Assembly (NCBI GenBank): GCA_045611605.1
Contig: JAZKXN010000092.1
Location: 3,674-67,673, forward strand
Length of the DNA: 64,000 nucleotides
Source of the DNA: Acutalibacteraceae bacterium
Lineage (GTDB): Bacteria > Bacillota > Clostridia > Oscillospirales > Acutalibacteraceae
Reading direction: 5' to 3'
Made by a program: the position numbers and the translations under genes. Positions 47,089-56,765 of the stretch are shown piece by piece. Every line of letters starts with the position of its first letter. The first letter of the stretch is position 1. The notes under the pieces are model-generated. The model had not been told where the DNA came from. It saw nothing but the letters and a program-made list of their open reading frames with translations, and ran no database searches.

Positions 47089-48321
47089 TTAATCTGCTTT
47101 CATTCGTAAAAGTGAGCCTGCTTTTACAGGCTTGTCATACGGAATTTTAATTGTCATCATTGGGTGCGGCGCAGATTCAATTTCTTCATTTTTATCGTTA
47201 TAAACCACATCTGCTTTAACAATAAATGGTTTGTTTTGTGGCTCTAGACAGTCAAATTCCTGGCCCTTTAAAAATTTATTTTTAAGGGTAGCAATAATCA
47301 TACCGTCTTCGTAACCGTCAACAATTGCGGCAACCGAATAATCGCGCACATAACCCGCATTTGCATAGGTTTGCGAGTTGGTCGGTTGACCGAAATAAAA
47401 GCCTGTAGAATAGTTGCGGTGGCTTATTTTATTAAGCTCTTCCATAACCCATTCGGGGCAAATCCAAGTGCCCACACAGTTTTTAAGTGAGTCAAGCGCA
47501 CCGCGGTATGCGTTGGTAGTAACCGCAACATAGTAATGTGATTTAGCGCGGCCCTCAATCTTAATACTGTCAACCCCTGCATCGCGAATTAAGTCAAGAT
47601 ACTCTGCCATACACATATCGTTGGCATTCAAAATATAAGTGCCTTTTTCGGTTTCAGTAATATTAAAGAACTGACCGGGGCGTGTTTCTTCCATTAAGGA
47701 ATAACTCCAACGGCAGGGTTGAGCGCAGTCACCGCGATTGGCATCTCTGCCGGTCATATAGCTTGATAAAAGGCAACGCGATGAGTACGAAACACACATT
47801 GCACCATGTGCGAACATTTCAATTTCCAAATCTTTGGGTGTTTTTTCGCGTATTTCCTTAATTTCTTTAAGAGATAATTCACGCGCTAAAACAATGCGCT
47901 TTGCACCCAAATTATAGAATGCGTTTGCAGTTTCGTAGTTGCAAATGCCCGACTGAACTGACACATGTAAATCTACATCGGGTGCATACTTTTTAACCAT
48001 CATAATTGTGCCTAAATCGGCAGCAATAATGGCATCTACTTTTATTTCATTTAAAAATTTCAAAAAGTCGGGTAGGCGGGGAATTTCATTGTTGTGTGGA
48101 ATGGTATTACAGGTTACATGCACCTTTACACCGCGGTCGTGGGCGTATTTAACACCTTCTATAAGGTCTTTTTCGCCAAAGTTTGTGGCGGCGGTACGCA
48201 TACCAAATTCTTCACCCGCAAGGTAAACAGCGTCGGCACCGTAATCAACTGCTGCTTTAAGGCGCACGATATCACCCGCGGGGCATAAAAGCTCGGGTAT
48301 ATTATTTGTTGAAATATTCAT
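47089..48321 (-). CDS. Peptidase U32 family protein
   Basis: About 410 aa. The U32 signature region is EMFAHGAMCVSYSSRCLLS. The start is ambiguous (48321 or 48339) and overlaps the end of mltG. Confidence 0.85.
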   Translation of the reverse strand: MNISTNNIPELLCPAGDIVRLKAAVDYGADAVYLAGEEFGMRTAATNFGEKDLIEGVKYAHDRGVKVHVTCNTIPHNNEIPRLPDFLKFLNEIKVDAIIAADLGTIMMVKKYAPDVDLHVSVQSGICNYETANAFYNLGAKRIVLARELSLKEIKEIREKTPKDLEIEMFAHGAMCVSYSSRCLLSSYMTGRDANRGDCAQPCRWSYSLMEETRPGQFFNITETEKGTYILNANDMCMAEYLDLIRDAGVDSIKIEGRAKSHYYVAVTTNAYRGALDSLKNCVGTWICPEWVMEELNKISHRNYSTGFYFGQPTNSQTYANAGYVRDYSVAAIVDGYEDGMIIATLKNKFLKGQEFDCLEPQNKPFIVKADVVYNDKNEEIESAPHPMMTIKIPYDKPVKAGSLLRMKAD

Positions 48322-49390
48322 AAATCCAATTTCCGTCATTTTTTAATTTATTTATAGTTGCATTCTGTTCGGCATAGGTCTTATGGAAATAGAACTTGCC
48401 GTTTTTGTCGGTTACAAAATAGAAATATTCACTGCCTTCAGGGTTTAAAGCGGCGTTGATTGCTTTAATACCGGGGGAGCAAAGCGGTCCCGGGGGCAAA
48501 CCCTTGGCTTTATAAGTGTCGTATCTTTCATCGTCGTTTTCAAAAGAATCGCCATAATAGCAGGTGGGGGAAGAGCCCAAGGTTGCGAAATTAGGGCTCT
48601 TGAGGCGGTTATAAAATACACCTGCAATTTTGGGGAGTGAGTCAGTATCAATGCCTGCTTCCATCTGAATAATAGAAGCCATTGTCAAAATTTCATGCAT
48701 ACTATAGCCTAAATTTTCAGCCTTTTTGTACATATCGTCGGTTATACGGCTTTCGGTTTCTTTAAGCATTTTTTCCACAACCGATTTTGCAGCGGCTTTA
48801 GAATCATCTAACTTATAAAATTCGTAAGTTTCGGGGAAAAGATAGCCTTCAAGAGTATAGTAGGTGTTTTTATCCTTAGCGCCACTTAAAAGTTTGCTGT
48901 CAAGTGTTGCGTTTTCTAATGCTTCAAGAAAATCTGCTTTATTGCAAACACCCGCTTTTTCCAGAATCGAAGCGATGCCCAAAACGGTAACATTTTTACC
49001 GTTTACATTCTTGACATAATCATTAATGCCTGTGCCTTCAGGAATAGTTACTTTAATAGTTTTTGCTTTTGCACCTTGGGTGATAAGCTTTTGTGCTATT
49101 TCATCATAGCTGTCACCGGTGTTGAACTTGTAAACGCCGTATTTAAATTTACTTTCATACTTTTTAACTTTTGCAAAAATACGGAAGCCGAGCGCAGAAT
49201 TTATAATGCCTTCATTTTCTAAAATTTCGGCAATCTGTGCGGTATAAGTGCCTTGTTTAATTTCAATTTCCATATCCTTGCCACTTTTACCACCGTTCAT
49301 ATCGGCAATAAAAAATGAAGATACACCGATAACCGCAACTAAAATTACGGCAACAACACTTAAAACAATAATTAAAATCTTCTTTTTCAT
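48302..49390 (-). CDS. mltG: Endolytic murein transglycosylase MltG (YceG-like)
   Basis: 362 aa with an N-terminal TM helix and YceG motifs (ASIIQMEA, GLPPGPLCSPG). Confidence 0.9.
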   Translation of the reverse strand: MKKKILIIVLSVVAVILVAVIGVSSFFIADMNGGKSGKDMEIEIKQGTYTAQIAEILENEGIINSALGFRIFAKVKKYESKFKYGVYKFNTGDSYDEIAQKLITQGAKAKTIKVTIPEGTGINDYVKNVNGKNVTVLGIASILEKAGVCNKADFLEALENATLDSKLLSGAKDKNTYYTLEGYLFPETYEFYKLDDSKAAAKSVVEKMLKETESRITDDMYKKAENLGYSMHEILTMASIIQMEAGIDTDSLPKIAGVFYNRLKSPNFATLGSSPTCYYGDSFENDDERYDTYKAKGLPPGPLCSPGIKAINAALNPEGSEYFYFVTDKNGKFYFHKTYAEQNATINKLKNDGNWIYEYFNK

Positions 49391-49404
49391 TTAAAACCCT
49401 CAAA

Positions 49405-49944
49405 TCAATTAAACATCATTTGAATTTTTAAATCGTTTGCTGTATTTTCGTCCTTTAAATAGGCAAGTAATTCAAAACCGAAGTCAAAGGCAACGCCTGC
49501 ACCCTTTGCGGTTATAATATTACCGTCGCGCATAACCGATTCAGTGGTAACCATAGCACCCAATAAATCCTTTTCAAAACCGGGGAAGCAGGTTGCTTTT
49601 TTGCCGTTAAGTAATCCCTTGTGGCCCAAAATAGAAGGTGCGGCACAAATTGCACCGATAAGCAAATTGTTTTTATTTGCATAATCAATTGCTTTTTGCA
49701 CGATCCCATCATTTTCAAGATTTATAGTACCGGGCATACCGCCAGGCAAAATAACCGCTTCTAAATTTTCAAAGGTTATTTCATCGGTTGAAATATCGCA
49801 CATAACGGGAATATTGTGTGCACCCTCTGCAGTTTTGCCGTTTACACCAACAGTTTTTACATCAAAGCCCGCGCGTCGCAAAATGTCAATAGGTGCAAGA
49901 GCTTCGCATTCTTCAAAACCATTTGCTAAAAATACATAAATCAT
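49405..49944 (-). CDS. DJ-1/PfpI family protein
   Basis: 179 aa with a nucleophile elbow (GAICAAP). Confidence 0.85.
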   Translation of the reverse strand: MIYVFLANGFEECEALAPIDILRRAGFDVKTVGVNGKTAEGAHNIPVMCDISTDEITFENLEAVILPGGMPGTINLENDGIVQKAIDYANKNNLLIGAICAAPSILGHKGLLNGKKATCFPGFEKDLLGAMVTTESVMRDGNIITAKGAGVAFDFGFELLAYLKDENTANDLKIQMMFN

Positions 49945-49947
49945 ATA

Positions 49948-50616
49948 TTAATCCTTATAAATTTCTAAAACTGCTTTTAAAACATCTTCTGCAATTTCGT
50001 CGATAGAACGGGCTTCGCCATCTTTAGAGCAGGGGATAATATCCCAATTTGAAAACTTGGCAGTAAAAATTGCGGCTTTGCGGCAACGGTCAAGATATTC
50101 AGTGTCCTTTTCGTGAATGTCTTTTTTAGCTTCATCGCCTTCATATCGCTTTGATAAAAGCTTTTGAGAAACTTCAATCGGCATATCAAGGAAAATAACC
50201 TTATCAGGCTTTGGAATAGCAACCTTATTATACTCAAAATCATAAAGCCAATTTAAAAAGTCTTCCCATTCGTTTTCGGGCAATTTTGAGCACTGGTGAA
50301 CGGCATTAGAAGTGGTATATCTTCCCGAAACAATAGTGCCGCCATTATTATAATATTCGCCCCAATTTGCTTTAAAAGATGCATAGCGGTCAACACAGTA
50401 AAAAGTAGATGCCGCATAAGCGTTAACATCGCCGGGTTTTTTGCCAAAATCACCTGCTAAATACATTTTAACAAGTGTGCTTGACGGATTTTCATAATCA
50501 GGGAATGACACCTTTTTGCAGTCTATACCCGCTTTTTTAAGGTTTTCGGGAAGTAAATCAAGCTGGGTTGATTTGCCGCTGCCATCGAGACCTTCTAATA
50601 CTATAAGTTTACCCAT
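49948..50616 (-). CDS. tmk: Thymidylate kinase-like (dTMP kinase family)
   Basis: Start at MGKLIVLEGLDGSGKSTQ (P-loop). The ATG overlaps the thyX stop by 8 nt. Confidence 0.8.
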   Translation of the reverse strand: MGKLIVLEGLDGSGKSTQLDLLPENLKKAGIDCKKVSFPDYENPSSTLVKMYLAGDFGKKPGDVNAYAASTFYCVDRYASFKANWGEYYNNGGTIVSGRYTTSNAVHQCSKLPENEWEDFLNWLYDFEYNKVAIPKPDKVIFLDMPIEVSQKLLSKRYEGDEAKKDIHEKDTEYLDRCRKAAIFTAKFSNWDIIPCSKDGEARSIDEIAEDVLKAVLEIYKD

Positions 50617-51382
50617 TGTTTTTAAGTCCTTCATAAAATTCTTTAATTTCTTTACAGTGACCGCAGGTCATTTTGCCTTCGGGGCAAGGACCGCTTACAC
50701 AAGCGGGGCCTGCGTTTTTGAATAAATTAGGTGCAACCTGTAAAACAAGCGCTAGCATTTGGTCGGCTACATCTTTAATTTCCCACTGTGCGCGGTTGCA
50801 ACAACGGTGACGGAAAAAGTTCATTAAAGACCGTGCATTCATTGTCATAACTATTTGGGTTTCACAAGCATTGGGAAGTACAAAACGAGCATCTTCAATG
50901 GCTTTCTTTTCGGCCATTCTTGTTGCGGTTTTTTCATCCTTACCTTCAGCTATAAAGGTTTTAATGTGCTTTTCCTTTAAAACGGCGGCAAGTGCATCGT
51001 AACGGCGTTGGTCTTCTGCCATAATTTCGTCATAAATTGCCTTTGCTTCGGGTATTGCTTCAATTTCCGGCGGGGTAACATATTCAAAGCTGCCTTCTCG
51101 AACATAGCGTTGGCTTTTAACCGAAAATGATGCCATTCTGTGGCGGGTAATCTGTGCTAATAGTGCGCGAGAAACACCTTCAATGCCAAATGTGAAGCTT
51201 GCGTGTTCGATCGGACTTTCGTGACCGATTTCACTTAGCATTTCAACAAACTCAGCTGCCTTTTCATCGGTTAAATAGTTGCGTAAATCTGCAATATTTG
51301 ATGAACTGTAGCAAAGCTTTGCTGCTGATGCTACGCAATGTTCAGGATAGGGCGTATGCCCTAAAAGATATACCCTTGCCAT
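50609..51382 (-). CDS. thyX: FAD-dependent thymidylate synthase ThyX
   Basis: 257 aa with the ThyX signature RHRMASFSVKSQRY. Confidence 0.95.
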   Translation of the reverse strand: MARVYLLGHTPYPEHCVASAAKLCYSSSNIADLRNYLTDEKAAEFVEMLSEIGHESPIEHASFTFGIEGVSRALLAQITRHRMASFSVKSQRYVREGSFEYVTPPEIEAIPEAKAIYDEIMAEDQRRYDALAAVLKEKHIKTFIAEGKDEKTATRMAEKKAIEDARFVLPNACETQIVMTMNARSLMNFFRHRCCNRAQWEIKDVADQMLALVLQVAPNLFKNAGPACVSGPCPEGKMTCGHCKEIKEFYEGLKNNG

Positions 51383-51609
51383 TATGTTTCACTCCAAAAT
51401 AACATATTCAATTTATTGTACCAAAAAACGCTTAATTTTTCAATAAATTTTACTATATTTTTAAATTTTAATAAATTTTGTATATAATTTTAGAAAAAAA
51501 CGGCTAAATTACAAAAAGTTTATACACTTTTTCGTTAAAAAGGTCTTTTTTTGTCGAGCAATTTATGTTATTATATATAAAGCAATTAAATATTATGGAG
51601 GGGTCCGTT

Positions 51610-52737
51610 ATGGCAAAAGTAGATTTTAAACACACACCTTATGGGGATTTGGCAATTATCAGTATGAAGGGTTGCGAAGATATTTCAAGCAAGGTTGACC
51701 ATTACCTTAAAAATTGGCGCAACGCTGATGAAGATGAAACTTATATTGTTAAACCTAATTGTCCCCGCTTCGGCACAGGTGAAGCAAAGGCTGTTTTAAA
51801 GCATACCGCACGCGGTGTTGACGCGTACATTCTTTGTGACTGCTTCAACTATAGTGTTGAATATAAGATGTATGGCAAGACCGTTCCGATGAGCCCCGAC
51901 GACCATTTCCAAGATTTAAAGCGTGTTATCGCTGCGCTTGGCGGTAAGGCAAGAAGAATTACCGTAATTATGCCAATGCTTTATGAAGGCAGACAGCACA
52001 GAAGAACCGCACGCGAATCAATGGACTGTGCAATGGCTTTGCAAGAACTTGTGTCAATCGGTGTTAAAAATATCATTACTTTTGACGCACACGACCCCCG
52101 TGTTAATAATGCAATCCCGCTTGATGGTTTTGATAATGTACAAGCAACCTATCAGATGATTAAGGCATTACTTAAATCTGTTCCCGATATTCAGCTAGAT
52201 CGTGAACACACAATGATTGTTTCACCCGATGAAGGTGGTATGGGTCGTTGTATTTATTATTCATCAGTTTTAGGCTTAGAGCTTGGTATGTTCTACAAGC
52301 GCCGCAACTATTCTGTTATTGTTAACGGTAAAAACCCCATTGAAGCGCACGAATTTTTGGGCGCCGATATTAAGGGTAAGGATTTGATTTTGGTTGATGA
52401 TATGATTTCATCTGGTGAATCAATGCTTGATATTTCCGCTAAGCTTAAAGAACGCGGTGCAAAGCGTATTTTTGTTTTCTCAACCTTCGGTCTTTTTGTT
52501 GACGGTCTTGAAAAGTTTGATGAATATTACGCTAATGGTCTTATTGATAAGGTTTTCACAACCAACCTTATTTACCAAACACCCGAACTTTTATCACGCG
52601 AATGGTATTGCAGTGTTGAAATGTCAAAATATATTGCATTGCTTATTGATACTTTGAATTATGATAATTCAATCAGCAAACTTTTGGATCCTGTTGACAG
52701 AATTCATAAGGCTGTTGAATTGTATAAATCAAAATAA
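51610..52737 (+). CDS. prs: Ribose-phosphate diphosphokinase family protein (long form)
   Basis: Start at MAKVDF after GGAGGGG. PRPP-synthetase motifs include LILVDDMISSGES. Confidence 0.85.
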   Translation: MAKVDFKHTPYGDLAIISMKGCEDISSKVDHYLKNWRNADEDETYIVKPNCPRFGTGEAKAVLKHTARGVDAYILCDCFNYSVEYKMYGKTVPMSPDDHFQDLKRVIAALGGKARRITVIMPMLYEGRQHRRTARESMDCAMALQELVSIGVKNIITFDAHDPRVNNAIPLDGFDNVQATYQMIKALLKSVPDIQLDREHTMIVSPDEGGMGRCIYYSSVLGLELGMFYKRRNYSVIVNGKNPIEAHEFLGADIKGKDLILVDDMISSGESMLDISAKLKERGAKRIFVFSTFGLFVDGLEKFDEYYANGLIDKVFTTNLIYQTPELLSREWYCSVEMSKYIALLIDTLNYDNSISKLLDPVDRIHKAVELYKSK

Positions 52738-52825
52738 TTCTTTTAAATTATATATTTTCCAAGGGCGGCGGCTTTTATAGGCTGTCGCTTTTGAACGCTA
52801 TTAAACAAAAATGTGAGGACTTAAT

Positions 52826-55000
52826 ATGTTCAATAAAATTTGCATTTTAATCCCTTCCTTAAACCCTGATGAAAAGTTAATGCAAACTATTCAAGGGTTA
52901 AAAGACGTCGGCTTTAAAAACTTTGTTATTGTCGATGATGGCAGTGACACTGCTCATCAAAAGAACTTTCCCGTAACCGATAAAGAGAATAACTTTATCG
53001 TTTTACGCCATTCCTATAATAAGGGTAAGGGTGCGGCTATTAAAACTGCATTTAAGTTTATTTTAAAATATTCTGACACCATTGAAGGTGTAATTACAGT
53101 TGACGGTGACGGTCAGCATGCCCCTGAAGATGTTAAAAACTGTGCCGAAGCCTTACTTCGTGAAGGGGATAAAATCATTCTCGGTTGTCGTGATTTCACT
53201 CTTCCGCAAGTGCCCCCACGCAGTCGTTTTGGCAACAAAACAACTTCATTGGTGTTTAGAACACTTTGCGGTTTGAAAATTTCCGATACTCAGACAGGAC
53301 TTCGCGGTTTTCCAACCAAGCATTTGCCTTTCTTACTTAATGTCAAAGGCGAACGCTTTGAATATGAAACCAATATGCTTTTAAAATTCAAGCAAGCAGG
53401 CATTGAACTTTACGAAGTAACAATTAACACCATATATGAAGAACCGGGTGAACACAAGTCACATTTTAAAACTGTTAGAGATTCTATCCGCGTTTACAGT
53501 TTCATTTTAGGATTTTGGCTTTCTTCCACCGCTTCTGCAATAATTGATTTATTGTTGTTTTATTTGCTTAACAAATTCTGTGGCGGCATATTCGGCGGTT
53601 TAAGTGTTTTAATTTCAACCGTTATTGCGCGTGCCGTTTCATCATTTACAAACTTCTCAATCAATCGCAGTCAGGTGTTTGATTTTGACGGAAACGGTAA
53701 AAAAGCATTGCTCCGTTATTATGCTTTGGCAATCCCGCAAATGCTAGTTTCAGCAGGTTTGGTTTCTGTTTTGTCAATGATTTTCTCAAATAACCCCGAA
53801 ATTAAGACGGTTTTCAAACTTATTGTTGATGTTGTGCTTTTCTTTATAAGCTATCGCATACAGCAAACTTGGGTTTTCAGTACAGCTGTAAAAAAAGAAA
53901 AAACTGAAGAGCCTAAGAAGAAACTAACCGTTAAAAATGTTATTAACCGTTCACTTATATCGGTTGGTACAGCGCTTTTACTCATTGTCATTACTGCTTT
54001 TTCTGCGGGTATGGTTGTTGCGCACGGTCCAAGTGAAACAATGCGTGATATGCTGGTTTTATCGGCTATGCAGGCAAGTGCTACAAAATGGGTGCCCGGT
54101 CTTTTCTTACCTAAAGAAAAGGTCAAGGAAATTGTCGATAACAGTCATAAGATTAGCACTGACTCTATTGATGTATCTCAAATGGTTACAGGTGATGAAG
54201 ATGAGTGGAAGGATGCCAAGAACGGTACAAAACTTATCTTCTTACAAAAGCCTAATTTTAAAGCATATTTACTTTTAGTAAAAGACCCTTCGCGCGTTAA
54301 GGTTGGCGTTTCAAGTGAAAATTTTGCAACCGCTACAGGCGGTATGCGAATTTTTAAATTTGCCGAAAAGTATAATGCGCTTGCGGTAATTAATGCGGGC
54401 GAGTTTGCTGATGGCGGCGGAAAGGGTACAGGCGCTCAGCCTATCGGTCTTACTTATTCGTTTGGTAAGAAGGTATGGGGTGGTAACGGCAGTCGTACCT
54501 TTATGGGCTTTACTAAGGATAATAAATTTGTTTGTTATGAAGGTATAACCGTTAAAAAGGCTGAAGAACTTGGTATTCGCGATGCGGTTTGCTTCCAGAC
54601 AGGTAATTTGCTTATAGACCATACCTTGAAAGATAACGGCGATATCGACAAAGTAAATCTTCACTACGGTGATGGTAATATCGGTGCGGCACAGCGCACT
54701 GCAATCGCTCAGCGTGCTGATGGTACTGTAATTATGCTTGTAACCGACGGTAGAAGCGCAAGCAGTATTGGTGCTACCCGTAATGATGTTATTGATATTC
54801 TTGTTGAATATGGCGCGGTATCCGCCGGTATGCTTGATGGTGGCTCTTCCGCAATGATGTATTACCGTGATTATTACAATGTTTATAACATTGATACAGC
54901 AAAACTTGACAATTATCAGAAGCAAGGTCTTGTAAATCAGTACAAAGCATTTACAACCCCAAGAAGATTGCCAACTTGCTTTATCGTAACGGAGGAATAA
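52826..55000 (+). CDS. Tri-domain fusion: family-2 glycosyltransferase + GtrA-like membrane domain + phosphodiester glycosidase (NAGPA/DUF2233-like)
   Basis: 724 aa. The N-terminal GT2 domain has IVDDGSD and DGDGQH motifs. The central region has about 5 TM segments and is GtrA-like. The C-terminal ~300 aa carries INAGEF... and MLDGGSSAMM motifs of phosphodiester glycosidases. Confidence 0.8.
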   Translation: MFNKICILIPSLNPDEKLMQTIQGLKDVGFKNFVIVDDGSDTAHQKNFPVTDKENNFIVLRHSYNKGKGAAIKTAFKFILKYSDTIEGVITVDGDGQHAPEDVKNCAEALLREGDKIILGCRDFTLPQVPPRSRFGNKTTSLVFRTLCGLKISDTQTGLRGFPTKHLPFLLNVKGERFEYETNMLLKFKQAGIELYEVTINTIYEEPGEHKSHFKTVRDSIRVYSFILGFWLSSTASAIIDLLLFYLLNKFCGGIFGGLSVLISTVIARAVSSFTNFSINRSQVFDFDGNGKKALLRYYALAIPQMLVSAGLVSVLSMIFSNNPEIKTVFKLIVDVVLFFISYRIQQTWVFSTAVKKEKTEEPKKKLTVKNVINRSLISVGTALLLIVITAFSAGMVVAHGPSETMRDMLVLSAMQASATKWVPGLFLPKEKVKEIVDNSHKISTDSIDVSQMVTGDEDEWKDAKNGTKLIFLQKPNFKAYLLLVKDPSRVKVGVSSENFATATGGMRIFKFAEKYNALAVINAGEFADGGGKGTGAQPIGLTYSFGKKVWGGNGSRTFMGFTKDNKFVCYEGITVKKAEELGIRDAVCFQTGNLLIDHTLKDNGDIDKVNLHYGDGNIGAAQRTAIAQRADGTVIMLVTDGRSASSIGATRNDVIDILVEYGAVSAGMLDGGSSAMMYYRDYYNVYNIDTAKLDNYQKQGLVNQYKAFTTPRRLPTCFIVTEE

Positions 55001-55004
55001 TGTT

Positions 55005-56072
55005 ATGAAAATTAAATCTTTATTTTATAAAATTTATTTTTCCGTAATTGCGGTATTTTTAGTATTACTTATTGTCGGTTTATTTGTGCTTAATTCGGTG
55101 CTTTCGGTTTTTGAAGCTGCACAGCCAACAGGACTTATGGAAACAATCGTTACCGAATATCTCCAAAAAGGCGATTTAAAGGGCGCTGTTTTGACCTATA
55201 ATATTCCGCTTTCAGATTACGAAAGTAAAGATGATGTTAATACTGCATTTAAACAAATTGTTGGCAATAAAAAACTTTCTATTTCTTCATCGGGTAAAAA
55301 ACTTGATGGTTATACCGAAGTTTATAATATAAAAGCCGAAGATAAAAGCATTTTAACTTTTTATCTTAAAAAGGCTAAAAAAGGCGGCAAATATGGTATA
55401 AAGGGTTATGAAGTTGGCGTTGCCGAAGTTGATAGTAATATTTGTAAGAAATATGAAATATATGTACCTTCGGATATAAAACTTGTTATTAATGGTGTCG
55501 AAGTTAAAAAAGAAGACCGTATTGATAATGAATTGCCTAAAATCTTAACCGATAAAATTGGCGATAACACTGTTGTTAAGCTTCAAACGGTTAAGATTGA
55601 AAACTTAATTTCTGATAAGTTCGAAGTTAAGGCTTACGCTGCTGATGGTAGCGAAGTTGAAGTTTCCGAAAAGGATGGCGTTTATACCGTTGCACAGGGT
55701 ATTGAAGAATCTGAACTTAATAACCTTAAAAATCACGCTTTAAATGCTAGTCAGGGCTATGCAAAGTTTATGCAGGAAGATGCATCACTTGGCAGTATTG
55801 CACATTTCTTTGACACTTCGACTGAATTTTATAAATATGTGCGCAAGACTGAACTTTGGGTATGGACACATACGGGTTATCGTTTTGAAGATGTAACCTT
55901 TGGAGAAGCGCATAAATATAACGATAATCTTTACAGCTGTCGCGTAACCTTTACCCATATCTTGACTTGGGGTAATAATGTGTATAAAGATTATTTTGAT
56001 AAATATGTTTATATCGAAAAAACTGCTAATGGTTTAAAGGTTATTGATATGCAAACACCCAATAGTAAATAA
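55005..56072 (+). CDS. Hypothetical N-terminally anchored extracytoplasmic protein
   Basis: 355 aa with a single N-terminal TM helix and no motif I recognise. It starts 4 nt after the upstream gene. Confidence 0.5.
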   Translation: MKIKSLFYKIYFSVIAVFLVLLIVGLFVLNSVLSVFEAAQPTGLMETIVTEYLQKGDLKGAVLTYNIPLSDYESKDDVNTAFKQIVGNKKLSISSSGKKLDGYTEVYNIKAEDKSILTFYLKKAKKGGKYGIKGYEVGVAEVDSNICKKYEIYVPSDIKLVINGVEVKKEDRIDNELPKILTDKIGDNTVVKLQTVKIENLISDKFEVKAYAADGSEVEVSEKDGVYTVAQGIEESELNNLKNHALNASQGYAKFMQEDASLGSIAHFFDTSTEFYKYVRKTELWVWTHTGYRFEDVTFGEAHKYNDNLYSCRVTFTHILTWGNNVYKDYFDKYVYIEKTANGLKVIDMQTPNSK

Positions 56073-56077
56073 AAAAT

Positions 56078-56103
56078 AACACCGCTTGAATTCAAGCGGT
56101 GTT
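56078..56103. terminator. Bidirectional intrinsic terminator
   Basis: Perfect palindrome AACACCGCTTGAA/TTCAAGCGGTGTT flanked by A and T runs, between convergent genes. Confidence 0.8.
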
Positions 56104-56106
56104 TCT

Positions 56107-56655
56107 TTATACCATTTTATTGTCGATTAAATATTTAAGCTTTAAAATTGCAGTTTGGGTTTTTGCGTCTTTGATTTCGCCCGAAATCACCATTTCAACC
56201 GCTTTTTCAAGTGGGATTCTTTCAACTTCTAAAAATTCATCATCATCGGGGTCGCAGTCGCCAAAATCAAGGTCAAAGGCCGCGTACATCCAAATAATTT
56301 CACCGCAGTAACCGGGGGTGGGGTAAAGTTCACCAAGTGATATAAAGCGCTTTGCGGTGGCACCCGTTTCTTCTTTAAGCTCGCGCTTGCCACATGTCAA
56401 AGGGTCTTCGGTTAAAGAATCTCGTTTCCCTGCGGGAATTTCGAAAATCTCTTCCATATAAGGGTAACGGAACTGTTTCACAAATAGAACTTCATTTTTA
56501 TCTGTAAGTGCTGCGACACAAACACCACCATTGTGTTCAACAACTTCGCGAAAAGCGGTTGTGCCGTTGGGAAGCAGTGCGGTATCGCGCCTTACGTTTA
56601 TAATTTTACCGTTAAAAACATATTCTTTTGAAAGTTGTTTTTCAGTTAAATTCAT
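56107..56655 (-). CDS. NUDIX hydrolase (ADP-ribose pyrophosphatase-like)
   Basis: Start at MNLTEKQ after AAGGTGA. The Nudix box is GKRDSLTEDPLTCGKRELKEETG. Confidence 0.85.
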   Translation of the reverse strand: MNLTEKQLSKEYVFNGKIINVRRDTALLPNGTTAFREVVEHNGGVCVAALTDKNEVLFVKQFRYPYMEEIFEIPAGKRDSLTEDPLTCGKRELKEETGATAKRFISLGELYPTPGYCGEIIWMYAAFDLDFGDCDPDDDEFLEVERIPLEKAVEMVISGEIKDAKTQTAILKLKYLIDNKMV

Positions 56656-56765
56656 TAATATCACCTTGGTTAATTATATAATTGTTATATTATCTTGTCA
56701 ATCTTTTGTACAACGAATTCATTTTTTTGTTACCTGTTTAATATATATTAAAAGAGGTGTTAAAA

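Noticed and set aside
54311-54925. 204-aa minus-strand ORF inside the GT2/GtrA/glycosidase gene.
   Set aside because: It is antisense to a region with clear phosphodiester-glycosidase motifs on the plus strand. Its composition (Ile, Asn, Thr, Cys rich) is odd, and it has no SD or independent promoter.
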